From an uncultured bacterium (GTDB lineage: Bacteria > Chlamydiota > Chlamydiia > Chlamydiales > SM23-39), in NCBI GenBank assembly GCA_964466185.1, contig CAYXMS010000001.1, positions 2,284 to 66,283 of the forward strand: a stretch of DNA of 64,000 bases, read 5' to 3'. The position numbers and the translations under genes were made by a program. Every line of letters begins with the position of its first letter. The first letter of the stretch is position 1. Positions 47,281 to 54,756 of the stretch are shown one piece after another. The notes below the pieces were generated by a model that worked only from the letters and a program-made list of their open reading frames with translations, ran no database searches and was not told where the DNA came from.

Positions 47281-48339
47281 TTAGAAAACAACGGCCAGCT
47301 TAAAACTTAAGCCATGAAGGGTTAAATCCCCATGTTTTCCATTAGTATTTAATCTGACTAAATCATCTATGCTTCTTAAAACATTTTGCTCCCAAAAACG
47401 CTGCATTTCATAGCCTAGCAGCAGCTCTAAATGCCAACTGCGATTATTGAAATAAGAGCTCCAACCCAGACCCCCTCCAATTTGCATGTTGGGAATTAAA
47501 AAAGAAGGACTATTTTTAAAAGAACTGTTATTGGCCGGGTTATCGCGGTCTGCTATATTATAGGTTACATCATGCTTTTGATAGAATAAAGAAGCCAGGC
47601 TTTCTGCATAAACCTTTAATCCATAAGGAAGTAAAAAATTAAGATGGCAATTGATCTTGGGCCCAATCAACCAGTTGTCGTCTTCTGTTTTCACTGTTAC
47701 TATATTATCATCTATAATGTAGTGTCTGATTTCAATCTCTTGGCTATTCAAAGCTGATCTAAGGCCGAATCCTGCATTTAATGTCAGCTGCATGCCCGAA
47801 TAAAAAGGCCTGGATGCCCATAGATCCAAATAATTTAAATGTAAATACCGGTTGGCTGAAATTTTTTCGTTGTCGGCAGTTGAATCATTGTAAATCCATA
47901 AAGGAGTGGCTAAAACTTCTGTAGAATTAAAAGAGGCTTCATCATCGGCATACAAACGTGTATACTGGAAAGCAATTTTCCAATCATCAAAATCTGAATT
48001 ATAAGTTGCTCCCAGTTTGAATCCGGGAGTATAGTCAGGTTCAAATTTAACCAGATGAGTCCGGTTGCCAGCATCTGCGTAGCTGCCAATATTCAAACCT
48101 TCTTCTAAAGCCTGCCATAGGATAAAAGAACCGGTTACTTCTACATCGAAGGCTTCTTTGACATTATATCTGGCCGGAGTATTATAAATGCCTACCATTT
48201 GACTTTCTTCAATTCCATGCCCTTGTTTAATATAGGAAGTCTCTTGATTGGAAAGTGTGGAATCAGATTCTGTTTGCGAAAAAACAAAAGAGGTAAGACA
48301 AAGGCAAACAGCAAAAATAGATTTAAAAAATTTAGCCAC
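47281..48339 (-). CDS. MOMP-like beta-barrel porin family, paralog 6 (divergent)
   Basis: 352 aa with a GTG start preceded by GGGAG. Motifs: KQGHGIEESQMVGIYNTPARYNV, LDLWASRP and NWLIGPK. C-terminus GLSFKLAVVF. Confidence 0.65.
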   Translation of the reverse strand: MAKFFKSIFAVCLCLTSFVFSQTESDSTLSNQETSYIKQGHGIEESQMVGIYNTPARYNVKEAFDVEVTGSFILWQALEEGLNIGSYADAGNRTHLVKFEPDYTPGFKLGATYNSDFDDWKIAFQYTRLYADDEASFNSTEVLATPLWIYNDSTADNEKISANRYLHLNYLDLWASRPFYSGMQLTLNAGFGLRSALNSQEIEIRHYIIDDNIVTVKTEDDNWLIGPKINCHLNFLLPYGLKVYAESLASLFYQKHDVTYNIADRDNPANNSSFKNSPSFLIPNMQIGGGLGWSSYFNNRSWHLELLLGYEMQRFWEQNVLRSIDDLVRLNTNGKHGDLTLHGLSFKLAVVF

Positions 48340-48775
48340 GGTTTTTTCTCCCGTTATTTTATTTTAACTAATTTAATAAAATAAGATTTTTAAAGATATT
48401 TTTCAATTCGTCTTTTTTGATTAGCCTAAGTCTGTAAAAGAACTACGTTAGAAAGGCCATGATATTTTAGGATGCGCCTTAAGTCTTGCGAAAATTGCGA
48501 GTCCCTTGCCTTGTCGTTAGTGGTTAAAAGTTCTAAAAGATAGGAGCGGTGCTGCTACCTTAAAAAGTCTTTTCAATATTGGCGACAAGGAATTTGCTGG
48601 TTTTTAGGTGCCATGGCGGTTTTATTTTAGCTATCGGAAAACTCTGAGTTTTTTAACTTAAATGGAGGAGCGGAATTTCCTCCTCATGTCTAAAGACAGC
48701 GGTATCCATGCTGTTATTTTTTTGATGAAATATTCTTTGTTTTCAGGCATATAAAAAAAAAGATGGAATAAGGAT

Positions 48776-49276
48776 ATGTCTAAAAATTTAAAAATTTTAA
48801 CTTTTATCTGTTTGCAATTATGTTGCCTTTCGCTTTTCAGCGCTTCTTTATTTTTAATCAATGATTCTAAATGGCAGTTGACGGCTTTAATAGAAGCAGC
48901 AGATGGTACTAAATTGGATACAGTAGTGTTAGAAAAAGGAAAAAAGATCCGCTGGAACACTGAACTATATAATAGTAAGGCAAAAGTGCCGCAAGTCACC
49001 ACTTATTCACTGACGCCTTTTACAGTCACCTGGCTTTGCCCTAATAAGGGAACTTATTCTGTTTGTACGGCAATCTCTTCAGGAGCTACCGTTTCGGCTC
49101 ATAGCGGATTTGGCAATTTTCGCTGCACGACTGAAGAAGAACTTAGAGAACAAAGAGAAAATATTGAAAAAGGACTGGAAGAACAAGAAAAAAGCTTGAA
49201 AAAAGAATTAAAATGTCCGCCCTGTCCTTCTCAAGAGAAGGGGGAAAATGTTGAAAAACAACAATCTAATAATTAA
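48776..49276 (+). CDS. hypothetical secreted protein (signal peptide, several Cys, acidic coiled C-terminus)
   Basis: 166 aa. MSKNLKILTFICLQLCCLSLFSASLF looks like a signal peptide. No recognisable domain. Confidence 0.45.
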   Translation: MSKNLKILTFICLQLCCLSLFSASLFLINDSKWQLTALIEAADGTKLDTVVLEKGKKIRWNTELYNSKAKVPQVTTYSLTPFTVTWLCPNKGTYSVCTAISSGATVSAHSGFGNFRCTTEEELREQRENIEKGLEEQEKSLKKELKCPPCPSQEKGENVEKQQSNN

Positions 49277-49305
49277 TGTTTTTAGCTTTTTGGTATGCAT
49301 AAGAG

Positions 49306-49833
49306 TTAAAAAAATAAAACAGCTTTTAAAGGGACGTCGTGCTTTTCAATAGGTAGAAAATCTTGAGAGAAATTTTCTTTTAAACCTATTCCAATAGTAT
49401 AGGCATGAGAAAGCTCTTTTAAAAAGCGATCATAATAGCCTTTTCCATGGCCGAGTCTATGTCCTCTTTTATCAAAAGCCAGGGCGGGAACTAAAATGAG
49501 TTTAATTTCCGGGAGTTTTAAATCGCAAACAGGTTCTTTAGGCTCCATGATTTTAAATTTGAGATGTTTTTTTAATTGGCTTAAATCTTTAACCAGACAG
49601 GGTTTAAGATTATTTTCGTAAATTTTAGGTAAAACCAGTTTTTCCTGGGCGCATAAAATCTGGTTTAAAGGCCAAAGATCTATCTCATAATTTAAAGCGG
49701 CAAAAGATAGAATTTTGGGATATTTTTTACAAAGCGGCAAAAGCGTATTAAGAGCTTTTTGAGCAGCTTCCTGCTTTCTTTTTTCCGAGATTTTAATATT
49801 TTTAAATTTTTTCCTCAAAACTGTTTTATTCAT
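49306..49833 (-). CDS. 5-formyltetrahydrofolate cyclo-ligase
   Basis: 175 aa with the family motif LILVPALAFDKRGHRLGHGKGYYDRFL. Confidence 0.85.
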   Translation of the reverse strand: MNKTVLRKKFKNIKISEKRKQEAAQKALNTLLPLCKKYPKILSFAALNYEIDLWPLNQILCAQEKLVLPKIYENNLKPCLVKDLSQLKKHLKFKIMEPKEPVCDLKLPEIKLILVPALAFDKRGHRLGHGKGYYDRFLKELSHAYTIGIGLKENFSQDFLPIEKHDVPLKAVLFF

Positions 49834-51088
49834 GAAAATCGGGCCTGCCTTTGGAATAGATGACTTTTTTTAAAAAATTACCGTGTTTGTCAAATAAAGT
49901 AGCAAGACCCTCTCCTTCCTGAATAGAAGAGGTTTCTTTTTTTTCTCCCTTTTTATAATATTTACCCTTTTTTAAAAGGTCATTGTCATATTCTTCTACC
50001 AACATTAAAGAGCCGTCTTCATAGAAAGAAGTGCTAAGGCCATTTTTTTTGTTATGATTTAATTCCGAAGAAGAAGCTAATTGCCCATTTTCATACCACG
50101 TTTTAACCTCTCCTTGTATTTTGTCGTCAGACCATTGTAGGCTGATTTTAGCAACTCCGTTAGGAAAATATTCTATTTCTTCACCTTCTTTTTTGCCGTT
50201 TTTTTGGTGGTATAAATGAATTAAAGATCCTTGGGAATTAAAACGTTTTACAACGCCATAGGCTTGTCCTTCCTGATATTCGATTTGGGTTTTTTCTCCG
50301 TTTTCATGGAAAAGAGTTTTAAAGCCGGTTTGATCTTGTATGAAACTGACAAGTTCTTGTTTTGGGTTAAAATAAACTCCTTCTAAGAGCAGATTGTTTT
50401 GATAGTGTTCTTTAAAAGCCAGTTTGCCATTTTTAAAATAACCAAAGGCTGATCCATTTTTTTGGTTGTGCTGATAATTTGCTTTTTCTTTGAAATTTCC
50501 ATTTTCAAAAAAAGTGATTAGCTGGCCGTGAATCTCATTATGCAAATAAGGAACTATTTTTTTCTTTTTGCCGGAAGAATAATAATAAGCACCTTCTTTT
50601 TCCAGCAGCCCTTGTTCATAAAAAAAACTGCCTAAAATATTCCCTTCTTCATCAAAAGCTAGGCTTTGCTGATCAAAAAGCCACTGTTTTTTATCTTCTA
50701 AAGCAAGCGAAGCAGGGCCTCCAATGACCTTTGCTTGCATAGCTAATTGTCCGTTAGGATAATATTCTAAATATTGACCGCAGGCATTGGAATCTATAGC
50801 TTCTAAATATTGCCAAAGATTGCCATTTTTATAATAAGAAGTAATCTTGGATTTTTTAACAGCCCGGTTATGGGGCTGATAAACCCGGACTACCTGTTTG
50901 TAGGGCTGCGGTTTTGCAAAGTCTGTTTTTTGAAAAGTTTTTAAACGGTCTTGCTGAGAAATGGTTTTTGTCATATCTGTTCTGTCTATTATCTGTAAAC
51001 AGACCAGCTCTTCCGAAGGTTTGGGACCGCAGCTGTTAAATAGCGAAAAAATTAAAAACAGATAAAAATATAAAAAACGTTTATTCAT
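49826..51088 (-). CDS. MORN-variant/YwqK-type repeat lipoprotein-like protein
   Basis: 420 aa with N-terminal LFNSCG (lipobox-like). The sequence repeats a Y(Y/F)xNGxLxxxxxYxxxxxxG unit many times. Confidence 0.7.
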   Translation of the reverse strand: MNKRFLYFYLFLIFSLFNSCGPKPSEELVCLQIIDRTDMTKTISQQDRLKTFQKTDFAKPQPYKQVVRVYQPHNRAVKKSKITSYYKNGNLWQYLEAIDSNACGQYLEYYPNGQLAMQAKVIGGPASLALEDKKQWLFDQQSLAFDEEGNILGSFFYEQGLLEKEGAYYYSSGKKKKIVPYLHNEIHGQLITFFENGNFKEKANYQHNQKNGSAFGYFKNGKLAFKEHYQNNLLLEGVYFNPKQELVSFIQDQTGFKTLFHENGEKTQIEYQEGQAYGVVKRFNSQGSLIHLYHQKNGKKEGEEIEYFPNGVAKISLQWSDDKIQGEVKTWYENGQLASSSELNHNKKNGLSTSFYEDGSLMLVEEYDNDLLKKGKYYKKGEKKETSSIQEGEGLATLFDKHGNFLKKVIYSKGRPDFHE

Positions 51089-51677
51089 TTAAAAACTCTC
51101 TTTTCAACAAATTTAAATTGGTTAAAAAAGTATTGTATGGGGTTTTGCTAAGGCTTATTTTCTTGACTATAAGCTGCGGAGAATTAGAACTTGGTTGATA
51201 AGAACTTATATATTCTTCTTCAATTAAACTTAAAAGCTGCATAATATCAGAGCTTGCTGCTTCAACAGGATAGCTGATTTCTTCACTTTCAATAATTTTA
51301 TTCTTAAAATCTTTTTTGAGATTTTTTTGCTTGAATTTCAAGGGGCGATTTATTTTTTTTAATCTTTTTTGAAAGTCGGGATTATTTTTAAATGCAGATA
51401 TGGCATTTAATTTTTGCATTTGATTTTTTTCGTTTTTCAAAAGTTTAATTTTTTCCAAAGTATTTTGTAGGAAAAAGGGGTCTGCTTGACGGTACCTGGC
51501 AAGCTGTCTTTTCCATTTTTCTTTTTCCAGACTGCGTTTTTGGCCCAGCTGCTGCATATTTTTTAAAGTTTTGCCTAAATTATAAACCAAGTTGATTTTA
51601 TGGAAATATAAGGCTATTAATAGCAGAGGCAGTAAAACAAAAAATGCAAGAATAAGATAGCGGTATTTTAAAAGCAT
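51081..51677 (-). CDS. hypothetical membrane-anchored protein (GspM/PilO-like topology only)
   Basis: 198 aa with a single N-terminal TM (YLILAFFVLLPLLLIALYF) and a Lys-rich soluble part. Overlaps the downstream gene by 8 nt. Confidence 0.4.
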   Translation of the reverse strand: MLLKYRYLILAFFVLLPLLLIALYFHKINLVYNLGKTLKNMQQLGQKRSLEKEKWKRQLARYRQADPFFLQNTLEKIKLLKNEKNQMQKLNAISAFKNNPDFQKRLKKINRPLKFKQKNLKKDFKNKIIESEEISYPVEAASSDIMQLLSLIEEEYISSYQPSSNSPQLIVKKISLSKTPYNTFLTNLNLLKREFLNE

Positions 51678-51693
51678 GTTTTCTTGTCAAAGT

Positions 51694-52120
51694 TGTAAAG
51701 CCAGCAAAATAGCCTGTAAAGCTGGTTCATGTAAAGCCAAGAGGCCATTTTTTTAGGCATATTTTTTAAGTTTGTAAAATTCCTCTTTTTAAGTTTTGCA
51801 CATACAATATGTTGAAACCTGATTAGCATATAATGTTGTCTTGAGGCTTTTTTTTTGTAAAGCCAAAAACACCCTTGTAAAGCCAGTAAAAACTGTCTTT
51901 TTTGCCTGTTTTTGACCCTAAACCCTGATAAAAGGCTGTAAAACAGGCTTGTAAAGCCAAGAAAAAAGTAATTTTTAGACAAATATGTTAATCTTTTTTT
52001 TAGAATTTTTCAAGTAAATCTAAACTACTATATGTAGGATAGGCACAACTACATACTGTATACAGTTTGGAAAAACCTGTAAAGCCAAGAACAGACCTGT
52101 AAAGCCAGCAATGTAAAGCC
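51694..52120 (+). repeat. array of same-orientation TGTAAAGCC motifs, usually followed by A (8 perfect, 2 one-mismatch)
   Basis: Perfect TGTAAAGCC starts at 51694, 51730, 51856, 51876, 51950, 52078, 52098 and 52112. The next base is A in 7 of the 8; at 51730 it is C. Variants are TGTAAAGCT at 51715 and TGTAAAACA at 51937. Two about 65-bp three-motif clusters (52139-52070 and 51757-51690, minus strand) both begin AAAAATGGCC. Confidence 0.9.
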
Positions 52121-52158
52121 AACAGGGCCATTTTTATAATTTGTTTTTTTTCTTTTTT

Positions 52159-53553
52159 CTAAGAATTGCAGTTAATGTGAAAAATAGCTTTATAAAACTC
52201 TTCCGAACCTTCCCAAACCATTTCCGGCTTAGATAAAATTTTAGGATCCTGTTGCAAGGCCGTATGGATTTTCCTGGCTAAAATGGGATTTTGAATTTTA
52301 AAAACCACTTCTATTTTGGCCAGATAAGGGGCTTGTAAATTTCCTATTTTAGGCAAAGATACAAGTTCGTATTGAAAACTAGTAATTTCTACCTGGTTTT
52401 GGGGAATCAGCGGATGAGAAGAGAGCCAATGTAAAACATAGCTGGCCTTGAGAGGTTTTTTGCTGAAAGGATTGGCTTTTTGATGTCTTAATTCAAATAA
52501 ATTATGATTTAGTTCCTCAAGGGTTTTGGGCGGCGGAGAAAAGAGCAAAGCACCATTTTTCAGCAGTTTTTGTTTTTTTTCAAAAAGCAATTTTTCTCCT
52601 TGCCAGACAATTACGCCTGATAGAGTAAGTAAAAAGGCAATGGCGGCAGTTAAAACCTTGTGTTTTTTCTTCCAGATTCTTTCAGGAAAAAATTCCAAGT
52701 CGCGGAACTGCATAAATTTTTTTTCTGTAGTTTCTAAAGCAGCTCCTATTGGAATTGCAAAAATGCTTTTCTCTGTTTCTGTTTCCAGTAAAGAAGAAAT
52801 ATTTTTTTTGTTTTTAGAAGAGATTAACAAATCTATGTGTTTTAACAGGTGCTTGTTGCCGGTTAAAAGCAAAGGCAGTTTTTCTTGCTTTGCAAAAAAA
52901 TCCAGGGTTTGGCTGATTTGTTGGTTTAATTCTTCTAACAGCTGTTTTTTGTCCCGCCCCAGTTTTTCGATGCTTTGTTCTTCTTTTTGACTGATGGCAT
53001 TTATACCTATATGAATGTTATATCCGGCTTTTAAGGTTTTGTCTTTGATCTTTAAACAAACAGTTTCTTCTTCGGCAAAATGCATGATCAATAAATCCGT
53101 GTTTTGAGGAAAGAAAACTCTAGCAAACCGAAACAGCGCTTGCTGGGAAGATACCGCCATATGAGGATCTATTTTTTTTAGAAAAAAACCTAAATGTTTT
53201 TTTTTAATAATCTGAAAAGAAAAAAAAGCTTTTTTGTTAGAGATTTTTTGAATTTTGGCGGCAACTGCAGTTTCGTCTTTAGGTAAAATTGTTACGATTT
53301 CTTTTTGCAAGTTAAGGTTTTTTTGTAAAAAACGTTGGCTAATTTTTTGAGCCTCTACATTTTTAATAAAAACTTGCTGAGGGGGTAAAACCCCGGCTGA
53401 AAAATTTTTTTTACAATACTTGTCAAGCTGCTTTACATCGTTTTTCAAAGTCTTTTTAAGCTTTAAAATCTTACCTTTTTCTGAAATTTCAGCTATTAAA
53501 GCTTTGTCTTTTTCTAGAAAAATACCCAATCTGTTCATGAAAAATGACAGCAT
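52159..53553 (-). CDS. hypothetical bitopic membrane protein, PilM/GspL-like organisation
   Basis: Cytoplasmic N-domain of about 310 aa, one TM (VLTAAIAFLLTLSGVIVW), and a C-terminal domain of about 130 aa. The track start at 53637 is a TTG; in-frame ATGs lie at 53553 and 53538. The function is inferred from topology only. Confidence 0.4.
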   Translation of the reverse strand: MLSFFMNRLGIFLEKDKALIAEISEKGKILKLKKTLKNDVKQLDKYCKKNFSAGVLPPQQVFIKNVEAQKISQRFLQKNLNLQKEIVTILPKDETAVAAKIQKISNKKAFFSFQIIKKKHLGFFLKKIDPHMAVSSQQALFRFARVFFPQNTDLLIMHFAEEETVCLKIKDKTLKAGYNIHIGINAISQKEEQSIEKLGRDKKQLLEELNQQISQTLDFFAKQEKLPLLLTGNKHLLKHIDLLISSKNKKNISSLLETETEKSIFAIPIGAALETTEKKFMQFRDLEFFPERIWKKKHKVLTAAIAFLLTLSGVIVWQGEKLLFEKKQKLLKNGALLFSPPPKTLEELNHNLFELRHQKANPFSKKPLKASYVLHWLSSHPLIPQNQVEITSFQYELVSLPKIGNLQAPYLAKIEVVFKIQNPILARKIHTALQQDPKILSKPEMVWEGSEEFYKAIFHINCNS

Positions 53554-54272
53554 GGCAACCAACTTCTTGCGCTGTTGGAAAAAATGCCGCCCCTCCGTTC
53601 GGTTAAAAATGTTTTTACGGTTTCTAATAAAATACAATCTGCAGCTTTTGCAGAAGCGTGTATTTTTAGATTATTTAATTTTCTAAGATCAAAATAACTA
53701 GTTTTTCTTTTTCCAAAAATAAAGCATTCAATTCCATTAAATAATACTTTATCAAACTTTTGAAAATCGCTAATAAACCGGGAGGCGGTATTTTTGATAT
53801 GAGAAGTTAGTTTATGTTGAATGGATGGAGCAAGCCAACCCTTTTTTTTATTTCCACGCTTTAAGAACCCGTCTTTTCTATACCATGTTTTGCGAGATCT
53901 TCTAGCTCTTCGATATTGTTTTCTTTCTGCCTTTAGTTTAACCATATCAGTTCTTAATTGAAATTCTGAGGTATAGACCTCTCTGGTTTCTGCGATAGCA
54001 GATGCCCCAATATATGAATATCCGCTATTAATACCTAATAATACAGGATAAATAATAGATACAATCGTGTTCTGTTCCGCCTGTCTTGTAGTAGTTAGAG
54101 TCGCATCGGGATTGTTGGAAAAGGTTTTTAAATGAGCCACACCGACTCTTTCTTTCAGGTTTTTAAATGGCTGATCACAGTTAAGCCAATGGCTTTTGCT
54201 AGGAACTTGCGAACAGCCCCTGGCTGAAATATTCGTAGGTGTGTATGTATTTTTTTTAACTAACTTTTGCAT
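53535..54272 (-). CDS. IscB/IsrB-family (RRXRR) protein, internally deleted and catalytically dead (or pseudogene remnant)
   Basis: LLGINSGYSYIGASAI matches RuvC-I with the catalytic Asp replaced by Asn. KAERKQYRRARRSRKTWYRKDGFLKRGNKKKGWLAPSIQHKL matches the bridge helix/RRXRR segment. FDKVLFNGIECFIFGKRKTSYFDLRKLNNLKIHASAKAADCILLETVKTFLTERRGG matches the IscB C-terminal domain. RuvC-II, HNH and RuvC-III are absent. An AAGGAG SD lies 6 nt before the ATG. Confidence 0.65.
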   Translation of the reverse strand: MQKLVKKNTYTPTNISARGCSQVPSKSHWLNCDQPFKNLKERVGVAHLKTFSNNPDATLTTTRQAEQNTIVSIIYPVLLGINSGYSYIGASAIAETREVYTSEFQLRTDMVKLKAERKQYRRARRSRKTWYRKDGFLKRGNKKKGWLAPSIQHKLTSHIKNTASRFISDFQKFDKVLFNGIECFIFGKRKTSYFDLRKLNNLKIHASAKAADCILLETVKTFLTERRGGIFSNSARSWLPCCHFS

Positions 54273-54350
54273 ATAACGCTCCTTATTCAGCCAGTTTAAG
54301 ATCCGCTGGTCTTTTTCTATGGAGGGCCTTCCTTTAGATAGGGGTGATTG
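54075..54350 (-). ncRNA. omega-RNA/HEARO-like scaffold (copy 2), overlapping the 5' part of the IscB-like ORF
   Basis: On the minus strand it starts CAATCACCCCTATCTAAAGGAAGG at 54350. It is homologous to copy 1 over about 275 nt. Shared stem: CTACGAA...TTCCTAG here versus CTACGGA...TCCGTAG in copy 1. Expression is not shown. Confidence 0.5.
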
Positions 54351-54448
54351 TCGGTATTTTAGACCCTATAAAATATAGTTACGCAGCTCAAAAACAGGGG
54401 TATTTTAGATATAAGGGCAATTAGATAAAAGAGTTTGCTTAAAAAAAA

Positions 54449-54498
54449 TCTGGAAATAAGTTAAAATTTAAATTCTGGAAATAAGTTAAAGTTTAAAT
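54449..54498. repeat. 25-bp tandem direct repeat x2 (TCTGGAAATAAGTTAAA(A/G)TTTAAAT)
   Basis: Read directly, with one mismatch between units. It lies between the omega-RNA-like 5' end and the yggT start. Confidence 0.9.
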
Positions 54499-54507
54499 AA
54501 AAATTTT

Positions 54508-54756
54508 ATGTTGCTTAATTTATTAAATTTATTGTTTACCGTTTATACCCTGCTTTTACTAGGCCGTATTATAGGTTCCTGGTTTATGGGCTATAGTAAT
54601 AATCCCGTCTGGATTTTTATTTGTAGGTATACCGATCCTTATTTAAATATTTTTCGGAGGTTTATTCCTCCTTTGGGCAATTTTGATATCAGTCCGCTAG
54701 TAGCTTTTTTTGTTCTCAAATTTCTGCAAAGCTTTTTAATCAATATTTTACGATGA
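54508..54756 (+). CDS. yggT: YggT-family small membrane protein
   Basis: 82 aa. LLLGRIIGSWF...NPVWIFICRYTDPYLNIFRRFIPPLGNFDISPLVAFFVL matches the YGGT pattern. Confidence 0.8.
   Translation: MLLNLLNLLFTVYTLLLLGRIIGSWFMGYSNNPVWIFICRYTDPYLNIFRRFIPPLGNFDISPLVAFFVLKFLQSFLINILR

Noticed and set aside
48400-48660. Assignment of the GC-rich segment to tmRNA, RNase P RNA, SRP RNA or 6S RNA
   Set aside because: None of the conserved strings I know is present on either strand: the tmRNA tRNA-like ends, the RNase P GGAAAGUCC/ACAGAAA boxes, or the SRP domain IV GGAAGCAGCC. The segment is kept only as an unclassified candidate.
48658-49002. 114-aa minus-strand ORF
   Set aside because: It overlaps, in antisense, the better-supported signal-peptide ORF at 48776-49276, and it has no SD or domain.
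51668-51982. 104-aa minus-strand ORF spanning the TGTAAAGCC array
   Set aside because: The repeated DNA motif is read in three different frames inside it (GFT, ALQ, WLY). The ORF has low-complexity basic/aromatic composition, no SD and no domain. I regard it as a by-product of the non-coding repeat array.
52056-52067. Palindrome ACTGTATACAGT as an SOS/LexA box
   Set aside because: The spacing does not fit CTGT-N8-ACAG. I also see no lexA-type context, and recA at 38467-39522 has no such box. I mention it only as a neighbour of the motif array.
52078-52125. Sigma-54 promoter (TGGC-N-TTGC) on the minus strand: TGGCTTTACATTGCT
   Set aside because: The GG-to-GC spacing is one nucleotide shorter than the strict TGGCAC-N5-TTGC geometry. 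In addition, the TGGC is part of the repeated motif itself.
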